64,000 bases of DNA from Alkalispirochaeta sp. (GTDB lineage: Bacteria > Spirochaetota > Spirochaetia > DSM-27196 > Alkalispirochaetaceae). The DNA lies in contig CBDESZ010000027.1 in the NCBI GenBank assembly GCA_965242725.1, positions 47,223 to 111,222 of the forward strand. The letters run 5' to 3'. The notes beneath the pieces were generated by a model. That model was given only the letters and a program-made list of their open reading frames with translations. It had not been told where the DNA came from and searched no databases. The translations under genes and the position numbers were made by a program. This document shows, piece by piece, positions 38,596 to 48,942 of this stretch. How positions within the stretch are numbered: the first letter of the stretch is position 1; the number at the start of each line of letters is the position of its first letter.

Positions 38596-39817
38596 GAATG
38601 GAAAATCGTGCTCCTTTTGCGGAAAGAAAGCGGAGCACGCCCGCCGCCTCATAGCCGGTCCCGGTGTCTACATCTGTGACGAATGCGTCAATGTATGCAA
38701 GCGGATGATCGACGAGGAAGACGACATCCTCACCTCAACAATTCTTGATACCGTACCGAGCCCCAAAGAGATCAAGGACTACCTTGATACATACGTCATC
38801 GGTCAGGACGATGCAAAGAAAATCCTCTCCGTTGCCGTGTACAACCACTACAAGCGGATCAGTCAGAAGGCGGAACTGGAGGACGACATTGAGCTGGACA
38901 AGTCCAACGTCCTCCTCATCGGGCCGACCGGGACGGGAAAGACCCTTCTCGCCCGCACCCTCGCCCACAAGATGAAGGTTCCCTTCGCCATCGCCGATGC
39001 AACAACCCTCACCGAAGCGGGGTATGTCGGCGAGGACGTTGAAAACATCCTCCTGAAACTCTATCAGAACGCCGGCGGAAACATCGCCGCAACGGAACGG
39101 GGCATCATTTACATTGACGAAATCGATAAAATCGCCCGGAAGAGCGAGAATGCGTCAATCACTCGTGACGTCAGCGGAGAGGGCGTACAGCAGGCGCTGC
39201 TCAAGATCATCGAAGGAACCGTTGCGTCCGTTCCCCCCCAGGGTGGGCGGAAACATCCAAGCCAGGAGATGATCAGAATAGACACCTCCAACATCCTCTT
39301 TGTCGTCGGTGGAGCCTTTGTAGGTCTCGACCGCGTCATCGACAGTCGCGTCTCCAAGCATCCCATGGGTTTTGGCGCGGATGTAAAGCTGGCCAAGAAT
39401 CGCGACCTCGTCGCCCTCTACGACCAGCTGCATCCCGACGACCTGGTGAAGTTCGGTCTCATTCCGGAGTTTGTCGGCCGTCTGCCCATAAGCGTGACCC
39501 TGCAGGATCTCGATGAAGAAGCGCTGGTCCGTATCCTCAAGGAACCCCGCAACAGCGTGGTGAAGCAATACCAGGCGTCACTCAAGCTTGACGACGTGGA
39601 ACTCATATTTGAGGACGGCGCCCTTGAGGCGATCGCCTCCCAGGCACTGAGCAGACGCACCGGCGCCCGGGGACTGCGGGCAATCGTTGAAAAAATAATG
39701 ACGGACCTCATGTTTGAACTTCCCTCCATAGAAGGGGCAAAACGGGTAACCATTACCCGGGACGACGTTGAAAACGGCCAGAAACCGGCGGTAGAACTGA
39801 TCCAGAAATCAGCATGA
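38576..39817 (+). CDS. clpX: ATP-dependent Clp protease ATP-binding subunit ClpX
   Basis: N-terminal zinc finger CSFCGK...CDECV, Walker A GPTGTGKT, Walker [10 protein letters not shown] and the GARGLR sensor motif. Confidence 0.95.
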   Translation: MIKQKSENGKSCSFCGKKAEHARRLIAGPGVYICDECVNVCKRMIDEEDDILTSTILDTVPSPKEIKDYLDTYVIGQDDAKKILSVAVYNHYKRISQKAELEDDIELDKSNVLLIGPTGTGKTLLARTLAHKMKVPFAIADATTLTEAGYVGEDVENILLKLYQNAGGNIAATERGIIYIDEIDKIARKSENASITRDVSGEGVQQALLKIIEGTVASVPPQGGRKHPSQEMIRIDTSNILFVVGGAFVGLDRVIDSRVSKHPMGFGADVKLAKNRDLVALYDQLHPDDLVKFGLIPEFVGRLPISVTLQDLDEEALVRILKEPRNSVVKQYQASLKLDDVELIFEDGALEAIASQALSRRTGARGLRAIVEKIMTDLMFELPSIEGAKRVTITRDDVENGQKPAVELIQKSA

Positions 39818-42180
39818 AACTTTTTCCACAGAGAGACCGGGTCGGGGAGCTTCCCGTTCTCCCCACACCCCGGTCGCTCCTCTTTCCGGGACAGCCGACG
39901 ACGCTCTTTATCACCCAGGACAACGCAAAAAACGTCATCGCCGCGGCGTCGACCGACGGCGGCCGCAGTTTCCTCGCCGTTCCGCAACGGGAGGGAACTT
40001 CAGACGGCTCCGATTTGCATCGTGTAGGCGCCCTTGTCTGGATTCTGCACAACATACGCATGCCCGACGGCTCCCTGAGAATCATGGTGGATCCCCGGGA
40101 ACGGGCGGAAATTACCGCCTTTGCCGAAAAGGACGGCATCCCCTACGGGAGTTACCGTCAGATCCGTCCCGACAAGAGCGACCCCTCCGAGGAGATGCCC
40201 AAGCTTGCGCGTCTCCTCAAGGACTCATTTGAGGAATACGGAAAGCTCAACCCTGCAATAAAGTCTGACGCCCAGAAACGCGTCCGCGACGCCGAGAGTC
40301 CCGACCAGTTGGTGGACATCGTCGCATCGACGGTTCCGATGGACATGGAAACACAGATCACCCTCTTCCGGGAGGAGTCGACCCTTCAGCGTCTCCATCA
40401 GACGATCGCGGCGGTGGACGGAGAAATCGAACTGCTCCGGCTCAAACGATCCATTCGCGATCGCGTTCGCAGCAAAATGGAACGGCAGCAGAAAGACCAT
40501 TTCCTCAATGAGCAGATCAAGGAGATCAATCGGGAGCTCGGTCGCGATGATGATGACGACAACGGTCATGAGGAACTGCTCAAACGCATTCAGGAAGCCC
40601 AGTTGCCCGAGGAAGTGGAGCGGCAGGCCGAGAAAGAGGTGCGCCGTCTCAGAAAGCTTCCCGCCGTAGCCCCTGAAGCGGGAATCATTCGCACATATAT
40701 TGACTGGCTCCTTGAGCTTCCCTGGCTGCCCGGGGAATCGACCGTTCCCGACATCTCAGAGGCGCGAAAGATCCTCGACGAAGACCACTACGACATGGAG
40801 AAACCCAAGGACCGCGTCCTTGAATATATGGCGGTCCAGGCGCTCAACCCCAATCTCAAGGCGCCGATTCTCTGTTTTGTCGGCCCTCCCGGTACCGGAA
40901 AGACCTCCCTCGGCCAGTCAATGGCGCGGGCACTGGGACGCCGGTTTGTGCGCCTTTCTCTGGGCGGTGTCCGGGATGAAGCGGAAATCCGCGGTCACCG
41001 CAGAACCTACGTCGGCGCAATGCCGGGCCGCATCATTCAGGCGATGAAGCGTGCGGGTACCCACGATCCGGTCATACTCCTGGACGAAATAGACAAGCTG
41101 GGGGCCGATTTCAGGGGTGATCCTTCAAGCGCCCTTCTGGAAGTCCTTGACCCTGAGCAGAACAACACATTTTCAGACCACTACATTGAGCTGCCCTTCG
41201 ACCTCTCCCGGGTCGTATTCCTTACCACCGCAAACACCCTTCACGGCGTACCGGCGGCACTCAGGGATCGGCTTGAAATCATCGAAGTTCCCGGCTACAC
41301 CGAGCGGGAAAAACTGCTCATTGCCCGGGACTTTCTCGTGCCCGAGCAATTGCGTGAAAACGGCCTCGACAAGGCGGCGGTGACCATCAGAAAGGACGCT
41401 CTCCTCACGATCATTCACGACTACACCTCCGAGAGCGGCGTGCGCAACCTGAAGCGGGAAATAGCAAACGTCATACGCAAGCTCGCCCGGGAGGTAATGG
41501 AATCGGGTACTCCTATCGGACAGTACCGGCGCAGCGTCCAGGGATCGACGGTGCACAGACTCCTCGGACCTCCGCGATACCGTCAGGACGAAGGAGACCG
41601 GGAGATCAGCGTTCCCGGCGTCGTTCAGGGGCTGGCGTGGACGGAAAACGGCGGTGTCGTTCTGCCCGTGGAAGTGGTAGTCCTCGACGGATCGGGAGAT
41701 TTGCAGCTTACCGGCAGCCTGGGTGACGTGATGAAGGAGAGCGCCCGAGCGGCGTTGAGCTACATATTTGCCCACGCCGACCGATTCGGCGTGACCGTTG
41801 ATAGGTCAAAGATATCGATCCATATACACGTCCCTCAGGGCGCAATCCCCAAGGACGGTCCTTCTGCGGGAATCACCATGTTCAGCGCGATTCTTTCGGC
41901 ACTGACCGGACGAGTCGCCCGGAGCGACACGGCGATGACCGGGGAGATCACCCTGTCGGGCCGGGTCCTGCCCATAGGGGGCCTCAAGGAAAAAATCCTC
42001 GCCGCCCGGCGGCGGGGTATTTCCCGTATCATCCTTCCCGAAGGCAACGGCCACGATCTGGAATCCCTTCCGGGTGACGTCAAATCGGGTATTGAAATAG
42101 TGTCAATCGCGTCGGTGACGACTCTGCCTGAGCAGGTGTTGCAGGACGTCACCGAAACGGTGACGACTGGAGAAGTTTGA
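39814..42180 (+). CDS. lon: Lon protease (endopeptidase La)
   Basis: Lon N-domain, Walker [10 protein letters not shown], and a protease domain with PKDGPSAG (catalytic Ser) and a downstream Lys context. Confidence 0.95.
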   Translation: MKLFPQRDRVGELPVLPTPRSLLFPGQPTTLFITQDNAKNVIAAASTDGGRSFLAVPQREGTSDGSDLHRVGALVWILHNIRMPDGSLRIMVDPRERAEITAFAEKDGIPYGSYRQIRPDKSDPSEEMPKLARLLKDSFEEYGKLNPAIKSDAQKRVRDAESPDQLVDIVASTVPMDMETQITLFREESTLQRLHQTIAAVDGEIELLRLKRSIRDRVRSKMERQQKDHFLNEQIKEINRELGRDDDDDNGHEELLKRIQEAQLPEEVERQAEKEVRRLRKLPAVAPEAGIIRTYIDWLLELPWLPGESTVPDISEARKILDEDHYDMEKPKDRVLEYMAVQALNPNLKAPILCFVGPPGTGKTSLGQSMARALGRRFVRLSLGGVRDEAEIRGHRRTYVGAMPGRIIQAMKRAGTHDPVILLDEIDKLGADFRGDPSSALLEVLDPEQNNTFSDHYIELPFDLSRVVFLTTANTLHGVPAALRDRLEIIEVPGYTEREKLLIARDFLVPEQLRENGLDKAAVTIRKDALLTIIHDYTSESGVRNLKREIANVIRKLAREVMESGTPIGQYRRSVQGSTVHRLLGPPRYRQDEGDREISVPGVVQGLAWTENGGVVLPVEVVVLDGSGDLQLTGSLGDVMKESARAALSYIFAHADRFGVTVDRSKISIHIHVPQGAIPKDGPSAGITMFSAILSALTGRVARSDTAMTGEITLSGRVLPIGGLKEKILAARRRGISRIILPEGNGHDLESLPGDVKSGIEIVSIASVTTLPEQVLQDVTETVTTGEV

Positions 42181-43642
42181 CCGAAGATATCCGGTCTCGG
42201 GACGCCGTAACCGAATACCACCGCGTCCGTGCCCGTTCTTCCGGCGACCGACGGCGGAGATCGCGACTGCCCCGGCCGATACCCACCGTCACCTGTACGT
42301 AAACCTTGTAGAGCCGGGGAATACGGCGCAGTGCCAGCGTTCCCTCTTCCGTCTTTACCGGCCATTCCTTCCACGGCCGGTCCATACGCGTCGTCCAGTC
42401 CGAGGTGTCGAGACGGACGATTTCGGCCATGGCGTCCACCCGCCTCCGTCTCCTGATGCGCCGCCGCTTGAGATGAAATCGTGTCTGCACATCAATCGCC
42501 CGCCACCCTTCACTTTCCCGGTAACGGATGTCGTCGGGATAGCGCACGAGGGAGACTTTTCGGGCAATTCTGACGCGCTTCGTCGGAATGCGTCCCTTTA
42601 CCGCCCTGCGTCTCCTGATTGCGACGCGCTCGTAGACGAAATTCACCCTGTCCTGAACGATCCCCGGCACCAGCCTGACCAGTGCCCCTCGCAGCATTTC
42701 CTTGATGCGGTCCTTCACGATATATGCGCCCACCAGCGCAATGGCCCAGGGAAGGCTTCCTCCCGCCCAGCGCTGCTCCGCAAAGAGCGTCGCCGCCACC
42801 GCAAAGGCCATCGCCGCGCCCGCGGCGACCCCGGCAAGGACGTGAAAAAAGCGCTCGTTGTTGCGGCTTTCTTCAACGTCTAGGTAGAGGACCGATTGCA
42901 CCCATTTCTTCAGGGCGCTGTCCCGCATGACCGCACGGTGCCCCTCCTCCAGAGGATCGATGTCGTACCCGCCTCCGACCTCATACAGCTCATCAAGCCA
43001 CTCCTGAAGGGGTGCCGTATCGACTCTCCCGTCAATAATGTAATGCGCCAGGCGTCTTGCCGTCGTTCGTATGAGATATTCCCGCGCCCGTTGAACGACG
43101 CGGCGGGAGAGATCGACATCCCGGGATGCCTTCATGAAGCGGGACAGGACGCCCCGTCCCTGGACGATCGCGGAGGACGGATGCTCGGCGGAACGAAGTT
43201 CGTCCTTCAAGGCGCTGTGAAAGATGTTGCAGAACATCTTGACCTCGTGGATACCATCGACGGGATCGGGCCGTGTACGACCGGTGCCGCCGGCCCCTTT
43301 ACCACTGCCCCCTTCGTCGCTACCCCCTTTGCCACTATCGGCTTTGCCACCGCCGGTGCCGAGGCGCTCGAGACGGACGAGGGGATTGCTCCCATCCTGT
43401 GAGGCAAGCAGCGCCATCCCTTCACGACGCACCTGATAGCGCGTATGGGTCACCATACCGGCAAGGAGACGCTCCCGGGGGAGGGAGCGTTCATCGACCT
43501 GCAGCTGTGTGGGCAGGTAATAGCGGATTTCAAGGCGTTGGGCTCTGCCCGCAGCGAGAGGCAGACTGCACTTCACCTCCAGCATGTGAGGGCCATGGAG
43601 GCGCAAATCTGCTGACGGAAAGGTTCTGCTGTCCATGAACAC
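42149..43642 (-). CDS. hypothetical membrane protein (497 aa)
   Basis: Long ORF with a Gly/Ser/Lys-rich low-complexity tract, two adjacent TM helices (FFHVLAGVAAGAAMAFAVAATLF; LPWAIALVGAYIV) and a very Arg-rich C-terminal third. I recognise no family. Confidence 0.5.
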   Translation of the reverse strand: MFMDSRTFPSADLRLHGPHMLEVKCSLPLAAGRAQRLEIRYYLPTQLQVDERSLPRERLLAGMVTHTRYQVRREGMALLASQDGSNPLVRLERLGTGGGKADSGKGGSDEGGSGKGAGGTGRTRPDPVDGIHEVKMFCNIFHSALKDELRSAEHPSSAIVQGRGVLSRFMKASRDVDLSRRVVQRAREYLIRTTARRLAHYIIDGRVDTAPLQEWLDELYEVGGGYDIDPLEEGHRAVMRDSALKKWVQSVLYLDVEESRNNERFFHVLAGVAAGAAMAFAVAATLFAEQRWAGGSLPWAIALVGAYIVKDRIKEMLRGALVRLVPGIVQDRVNFVYERVAIRRRRAVKGRIPTKRVRIARKVSLVRYPDDIRYRESEGWRAIDVQTRFHLKRRRIRRRRRVDAMAEIVRLDTSDWTTRMDRPWKEWPVKTEEGTLALRRIPRLYKVYVQVTVGIGRGSRDLRRRSPEERARTRWYSVTASRDRISSVKLLQSSPFR

Positions 43643-43674
43643 GCTGAAGGACGTTACGGTGCCGGTGTCGCGTC

Positions 43675-44163
43675 CTATACCGCTTCGGCGGTCACCTTCT
43701 CCATGACATCTCCCGCGGCAATTGCATCCACAACATCCGACCCCGTCGTCACCTTGCCGAAGACCGTATGTTTTCCGTCGAGGTGCGGCTGCGGCGAGTG
43801 GGTGATGAAAAACTGGCTCCCGTTGGTATTGGGACCGGCGTTGGCCATTGATATCACCTTGGACTCATGCTTCAGGGGATTCCCCTTCGTCTCGTCCTCA
43901 AATCGATATCCCGGACCACCACGTCCCGTGCCGGTGGGATCACCACCCTGAACGACAAAATTATCAATAACCCGATGAAAAGCCACTCCGTCATAAAAGC
44001 CCTCTTCCACCAGAAAGACAAAATTGTTCACCGTCACCGGCGCGTGCTCCGGATAGAGTTCCAGCTCGATCACACCCTTGTTGGTCGTCATCGTCACCCT
44101 GTATCGCCGATCCGTATCAATAGTCATTGCGGGCTTCGCGTCCCACTGTTTATGTGTACTCAT
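43675..44163 (-). CDS. ppiB: cyclophilin-type peptidyl-prolyl cis-trans isomerase
   Basis: [41 protein letters not shown]...[16 protein letters not shown]. The ATG at 44163 is chosen; the track start at 44271 adds a Gly/Ala-rich extension that I reject. Confidence 0.9.
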   Translation of the reverse strand: MSTHKQWDAKPAMTIDTDRRYRVTMTTNKGVIELELYPEHAPVTVNNFVFLVEEGFYDGVAFHRVIDNFVVQGGDPTGTGRGGPGYRFEDETKGNPLKHESKVISMANAGPNTNGSQFFITHSPQPHLDGKHTVFGKVTTGSDVVDAIAAGDVMEKVTAEAV

Positions 44164-44434
44164 CCGCCTACCGTACCATTGCCGGCCGATAGGGACAAGC
44201 TGATGATCTTCTATATCGAACGCGAGCGTCACCGCGGCGCCGCCCCGACTCGCTCCGCCCGCTCCGCTCACCTTCCCCGGGGGCGCTCATTCGGGAGACG
44301 CCCTCCCAGGAAGGAGGGACCGCTCTCGGGCGCCGCCACGTTTCAGGAGGTTGGTGCGCCCTCCGGCGCCGCCGGCACGCCACAGTCGGGATGGGTATTA
44401 TTCAGGAGGGATCGGGCCGCTCAGGCGCCTGCCC

Positions 44435-45772
44435 TCATCGGGAGGGCTCGGCCCGCTCCGGCGCCGCCGGCTTGTCGGCAAAAAAGAGCATGACAAAGAA
44501 TACGACCGCCAGTGCACCGGTTAACGCCGAGGCGGCGCCGTAGCTTCCGAAAAGGGTGAGGGCGACGCTGAAGAGGTATGGCCCGACCGCCGACCCGGCA
44601 ACGCTCCACCCCATGGCAAAGCCTGAAATCCGGCCGAGATTCTTCGTACCGTAGAAGCGTGGCCACGGCACATTGATAATGATGCCGAACATCCCGCCGT
44701 TGATGCCGTTACCGATGATGAGCAGCAGCACCGTCAGGGGTGTGGAGAGGAAAAAGACCGCCACCGTGCTGATGATAATCCCCACCCCCTGGAGAAGCGC
44801 GAGGTATTTCAATTTCACAAAGTCGCTGATCCATCCACCTGCAAAGTTGAGTACCAGGGCGATAAACGAAGCGGGAAGAAAAATGGCAACAGCCTGATCC
44901 CGGGACATGCCCGCCTCGGCAAAGACGGAAACGATGTGAAAGGTGAGCCCCGTAAAGTACATGCTCGCAAGTGTGACCACCCCGACAAATACCCAGAATG
45001 TGTACGTCCGTTGTGCTTCCCGCAAAGTGAATTCGGCGCTTGGATATAACTCGGGCGCCCGCCGTCCCGCTTGTGGTGTATATCCGCCGTCGGGCAGAAG
45101 GCCGCACTCCTGCGGATTGTCCCGGGAGAAAAGGAGAAAGGCCGCGGCAAATGGTACGGCGACCAGAATTCCCAGAACCCGCCACGCTCCCTGCCATTCA
45201 AACTGGTTGATCATCGCGTTGAAGACCACAGGAGACGACGAAAATCCTACCGTCGTGGCCACGCCGACGAGCGCATTGGCGAGCCCCCGGCGCGTCACAA
45301 ACCACTTGAGCACCATGTTGCGTGAAACGAGGGCGAGCATCCCCTGACCAAAAAACCGGAGGAAGAAAAACCCGACGGTGATCAGGACGAATGCGAGGGA
45401 CGCCTGCGGGACCATCGGAATCAGCCGTCCCATTCCCGCTGTAAGTTCAGGAACAATGGAGAGCGTCCACAACACAAGCCCGAGGGCAACGGCTACCACC
45501 GTTCCCACCAGACGGGCACCGTGAAGGTCGTAGAGCCGCCCGGCGTGGGACAGGATAAAGGAGCTTGTCAATGTACCTATCAGGTAGGCAAGACTGAGGT
45601 TGATACGGGATATCGCCAGGTCCCGTATCAGAAAATCGGTAAAGGCCGATACCCCGACGGTCTGGCCGGGGGCGCTCATAAGGACGCCGACGGTACCTAC
45701 CGCGAGGATAATCCATCCATAGAAAAAGGGTTTCGACGAAGGTCGAAACGGGACATGTGGTGGTAAATGCAT
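44435..45772 (-). CDS. MFS transporter
   Basis: About 12 predicted TM helices in two halves. The ATG at 45772 lies just after the upstream gene's stop (45784). Confidence 0.8.
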   Translation of the reverse strand: MHLPPHVPFRPSSKPFFYGWIILAVGTVGVLMSAPGQTVGVSAFTDFLIRDLAISRINLSLAYLIGTLTSSFILSHAGRLYDLHGARLVGTVVAVALGLVLWTLSIVPELTAGMGRLIPMVPQASLAFVLITVGFFFLRFFGQGMLALVSRNMVLKWFVTRRGLANALVGVATTVGFSSSPVVFNAMINQFEWQGAWRVLGILVAVPFAAAFLLFSRDNPQECGLLPDGGYTPQAGRRAPELYPSAEFTLREAQRTYTFWVFVGVVTLASMYFTGLTFHIVSVFAEAGMSRDQAVAIFLPASFIALVLNFAGGWISDFVKLKYLALLQGVGIIISTVAVFFLSTPLTVLLLIIGNGINGGMFGIIINVPWPRFYGTKNLGRISGFAMGWSVAGSAVGPYLFSVALTLFGSYGAASALTGALAVVFFVMLFFADKPAAPERAEPSR

Positions 45773-45783
45773 TGTCGTGATTC

Positions 45784-47772
45784 TCACTTTCCGGTGGTGC
45801 GGAGGAGCCGCTCCGCGAGTATATCCCAATCCACGGGGAAAAGGATAGGTGGTCGGGGTCGCCCGACGCCCCTGATCGGCAGGGCCCGCGCCGTCGACAC
45901 CGCAGACCGCCATTGAACGGGAAAGCCCGATCCGCCGTAGACGGCGCCGAGCAGCGCCCCCGCGACGGCTGCATTGGTGTCCGTGTCGCCGCCGCGACGC
46001 ACAGTGTCGATCACGCCCGATGCCGCGTTCGACGCATTGAGAAGCTGATACAGGGTGTTCTGCCAGGCGATTCGCACCCAGCCCTGCCGGCCCATATAGT
46101 CCTCGGGCGGATGCACTCCCGCCTCACGGGTCCACCGTGTAACCTCGTCGGGAATATCCCCCTCCGACGCCCGTGACATGACCGTCTCATAGAGCTCTCC
46201 GGGGGTGAATGCGTGGAATTCCGACGTTTCATCCTCTTCTCCCCTTCCTGCCACGGCTGTGGCGACGGCATAGAGATAGAGGACGTTCACGGCCAGGCAG
46301 TTCTCATGCACGTGTGTAATGGCGGCGTCGGAGCGTGCGGCGTCTTCCCATTTGGAGAGATGGCTGATGTCGCCGGCGGCGGCGATCGCCATGGGGCTGA
46401 TACGCATGAGCGCCCCGTTTGCCTGGCTCTGCGGACGGGGATGCCCCTCCAGCGCCGATCTGACCGTGCCGCCCGCATCAAAGGGTTCCGTCGCCAGCCA
46501 CCACCGATACGCCTCCTCGACAAACTCCCGCCGATACCCCCTGTGAGCGACGATTGAACGCGCGAGAAGCAAAGCCATTTCCGTATCGTCCGTGGGCTGA
46601 CCGGCGATCGTCCCATAGGCGCCGCCGTCGGAGAGACGTTTCGGCCCGTCACCGTATCTTGCGGTAATCTCATCGGGGGTGAGGGACTCCACGAGGGACC
46701 CGAGAGAATCACCGGCGCACTGGCCCAACAGGACACCCTGGGCCCTGTCCAGGAGACCCGGCGGCACCGGCGTTCCGTCCGAGGTCAGGGGATGAGCCCG
46801 TGCGGCCAGGCTGAGTCCGTCGGGAATACTTCCAATGGTGACGGTACCGCCTCGGTCGGGAACAGTATCACGTCGGCGCTCGGGGGACCCGGCACCAAAG
46901 ATCTCAGCCCAGTCCTTCCAGGCGAGGTGTTCAACCACATCCCGTCGCCCTCCAAAGTATGCAGGCGACGGTGTACACGTACCGTCCTCGTCGTACCTGA
47001 CCGGTTCGACATCGGCAGTATAGAGCTCATATCCCGCTCCCCGGAGAAGGGCGTGCCCCCCTGCCATATCCCATGAAAAGGGTGCCGTCAGCGTAACAGC
47101 GGCGGCACCCTCCCCTGCCGCGGTCAATGCCAGCCGGCAGGCAATACCTACCACCGCCCGGAATCGATAGGGTTGGGTAAATTCCGCGTTTTTCAGTGCC
47201 TTGCCGTCGGCCTTATGGGAGATTAGAACGGGCGGAAAGACGTGATCGTGGGCTGTCTGCCCCGCCGGGACGGCGAAATCCGCGGAATGTTGACGTCCGG
47301 GGCTCCACCGGCGGAGGGGCTCTCCTTCCGCCCAAGAGAAGATATCACCATAGTCCGTCGGCGCATTGTAGGCGTACACAACTCCCACCACGGGAACTCC
47401 GGCAACGACCAGCGCAATCGAGATCGACGCGCCCCGATATCCCCCCTGAAATGCGCTCGTGCCGTCGTTGGGATCGACAATCCATATCGGTGCAGGTTCA
47501 ACGTCCACATCTCTGTGGCGCGACGCCGATTTGTCCGCGGGGGTTATTCCCGTCTCCTCACCCAGGTACCGGTACGACGGAAAAGATGCGAGGAGTTCCT
47601 GCCGGATGAACACTTCCACTTCATCGTCCACATCGGCTTTTCCCCGCTCTCCCCGGGGACCACCGGGGAGATAAAACTCTTCCCGCAATCGTCTACCCGC
47701 CTTCAGCGCGACGGACTCCGCCGTTCGACGTTCCTCATTCCATGTTCCCGATAAATCCCCCACACTATCCAT
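45784..47772 (-). CDS. fusion protein: inositol-monophosphatase-family phosphatase (N) + ADP-ribosylglycohydrolase (C)
   Basis: N-terminal half: YLGEETG, WIVDPNDGT and WDMAGG (IMPase/CysQ/SuhB motifs). C-terminal half: LLGQCAGDSLG, TDDTEMAL and GGDTDTNAAVAGALLGA (ARH/DraG-family motifs). Confidence 0.75.
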   Translation of the reverse strand: MDSVGDLSGTWNEERRTAESVALKAGRRLREEFYLPGGPRGERGKADVDDEVEVFIRQELLASFPSYRYLGEETGITPADKSASRHRDVDVEPAPIWIVDPNDGTSAFQGGYRGASISIALVVAGVPVVGVVYAYNAPTDYGDIFSWAEGEPLRRWSPGRQHSADFAVPAGQTAHDHVFPPVLISHKADGKALKNAEFTQPYRFRAVVGIACRLALTAAGEGAAAVTLTAPFSWDMAGGHALLRGAGYELYTADVEPVRYDEDGTCTPSPAYFGGRRDVVEHLAWKDWAEIFGAGSPERRRDTVPDRGGTVTIGSIPDGLSLAARAHPLTSDGTPVPPGLLDRAQGVLLGQCAGDSLGSLVESLTPDEITARYGDGPKRLSDGGAYGTIAGQPTDDTEMALLLARSIVAHRGYRREFVEEAYRWWLATEPFDAGGTVRSALEGHPRPQSQANGALMRISPMAIAAAGDISHLSKWEDAARSDAAITHVHENCLAVNVLYLYAVATAVAGRGEEDETSEFHAFTPGELYETVMSRASEGDIPDEVTRWTREAGVHPPEDYMGRQGWVRIAWQNTLYQLLNASNAASGVIDTVRRGGDTDTNAAVAGALLGAVYGGSGFPVQWRSAVSTARALPIRGVGRPRPPILFPVDWDILAERLLRTTGK

Positions 47773-47853
47773 TTCTCCACGGTACTACAAAACGTTGACG
47801 GACGGGAAACCCCTCGGTAGTATATGTCCTCGTCCGGCGGTCCGCCGGCCGTC

Positions 47854-47939
47854 GCCGGAGTGGTGGAATTGGTAGACACAGGAGACTTAAAATCTCCCGG
47901 ACCGTAAGGTCTGTGCCCGTTCAAGTCGGGTCTCCGGCA
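47854..47939 (+). tRNA. tRNA-Leu (TAA)
   Basis: Acceptor GCCGGAG/CTCCGGC, anticodon arm GGAGA-CTTAAAA-TCTCC, long variable arm, T arm GCCCG-TTCAAGT-CGGGT. Confidence 0.9.
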
Positions 47940-47946
47940 GAAGGCG
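47921..47946. repeat. repeat R1 copy a: T-loop to 3' end of tRNA-Leu(TAA) plus 7 nt downstream
   Basis: TCAAGTCGGGTCTCCGGCAGAAGGCG, identical to 48054-48079. Confidence 0.9.
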
Positions 47947-47981
47947 CGTACCGCAGGCGCAATGCGCCGAGGAACGCGCCG
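47941..47981. repeat. repeat P copy a (41 bp) immediately downstream of tRNA-Leu
   Basis: AAGGCGCGTACCGCAGGCGCAATGCGCCGAGGAACGCGCCG matches 48142-48182 at 40 of 41 positions and contains the near-palindrome GGCGCAATGCGCC. Confidence 0.9.
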
Positions 47982-48053
47982 CCTCATGTTTCAATGTTCG
48001 ACATCACCGAGTCGTGTGCGCCGTTGTTCGCCGCGGATCGGTAGCGCGGCGGA

Positions 48054-48079
48054 TCAAGTCGGGTCTCCGGCAGAAGGCG
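48054..48079. repeat. repeat R1 copy b: orphan duplicate of the tRNA-Leu 3' end
   Basis: 26-bp exact copy of 47921-47946. The 5' two-thirds of a tRNA are absent upstream. Confidence 0.9.
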
Positions 48080-48141
48080 ATTCGGCGCCAGCCGATATCG
48101 CCGAGCAGAAGGTTAACCGCGTCAGCGGTTATACCGTTGAA

Positions 48142-48182
48142 AAGGCGCGTACCGCAGGCGCAATGCGCCGAGAAACGCGCCG
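48142..48182. repeat. repeat P copy b
   Basis: 40 of 41 identity to 47941-47981. It is separated from R1 copy b by 62 bp unique to this copy (48080-48141); that segment plus the AAGGCG start of P copy b forms a 68-bp unit (48080-48147) preceded by the same AAGGCG hexamer at 48074-48079. Confidence 0.9.
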
Positions 48183-48189
48183 AAATACG

Positions 48190-48891
48190 ATGGATCGGAA
48201 TCCGGCTGTGCGATACATTATCGCCATGCGGTCATTGTTCGTTGTACCGATAATTACGGCAACTGCTGTACTGTCCACCCTGCTCCTCTACATCGCATGG
48301 TCTCTTTCCCTGATGAGCGGGAGATCGCTATTCGATACATCGCCAAACCGCCCACCCCGGTCCGTGCAGCCCGACACACAATCGGCCCCCGCGCCGTCGC
48401 CGCCCATTTCGTCGGAGGAACAGACCGAGAGTGCCGACAACGCTTCGATCGAATTATCGTCGCCGCGGGACGATCTGGAAATATCTCAACATATTCCCTC
48501 GGGAATGACATATGACGAAGTACGCCGACTCTTGCCGGGGTTGTCGGAGCTGCAACAAGGTGAAGGCATATCCGCTGCGTATGCGACGATGCCGACGGAC
48601 ATTCTGGGATATCCCTTCGTCCTCACGATAGACTTTCGCGAGTCGACGGTACACGACGTTACGTATTCGTATAGTCCCGATGCAGATTACAACCACATCA
48701 TGGAAGTTCTGGAGGCAATTGCATCGTATCTCGAGAGTGATGTCGGTGATCCGTACATCGAACCGACGACGACGGAAACCGGAAACAGACTGGAGTACTA
48801 TCGCCTGATCGGCGGTTCCGTCATCGTCGATGCAACGGTCGTCTCCACATTAACCTCAAGTCGGCTCTCGTTGCATATTCGTTCGCAATGA
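48190..48891 (+). CDS. hypothetical membrane-anchored protein
   Basis: The ATG at 48190 is followed by the TM segment SLFVVPIITATAVLSTLLLYIAW, a Pro/Ser-rich linker and a globular C-terminal part. The track ORF start at 47962 runs through the tRNA-derived repeats and is rejected. Confidence 0.5.
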   Translation: MDRNPAVRYIIAMRSLFVVPIITATAVLSTLLLYIAWSLSLMSGRSLFDTSPNRPPRSVQPDTQSAPAPSPPISSEEQTESADNASIELSSPRDDLEISQHIPSGMTYDEVRRLLPGLSELQQGEGISAAYATMPTDILGYPFVLTIDFRESTVHDVTYSYSPDADYNHIMEVLEAIASYLESDVGDPYIEPTTTETGNRLEYYRLIGGSVIVDATVVSTLTSSRLSLHIRSQ

Positions 48892-48942
48892 ACCGCTATC
48901 GCGCCGGCTACCACTTCTCTTCCATCATATGCCGAATCTACA

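Noticed and set aside
47962-48189. N-terminal 76 codons of the 309-aa ORF downstream of tRNA-Leu.
   Set aside because: This part is translated straight through the tRNA-derived and P repeats and is Arg-rich. A clean ATG at 48190 followed by a TM helix is the more credible start.
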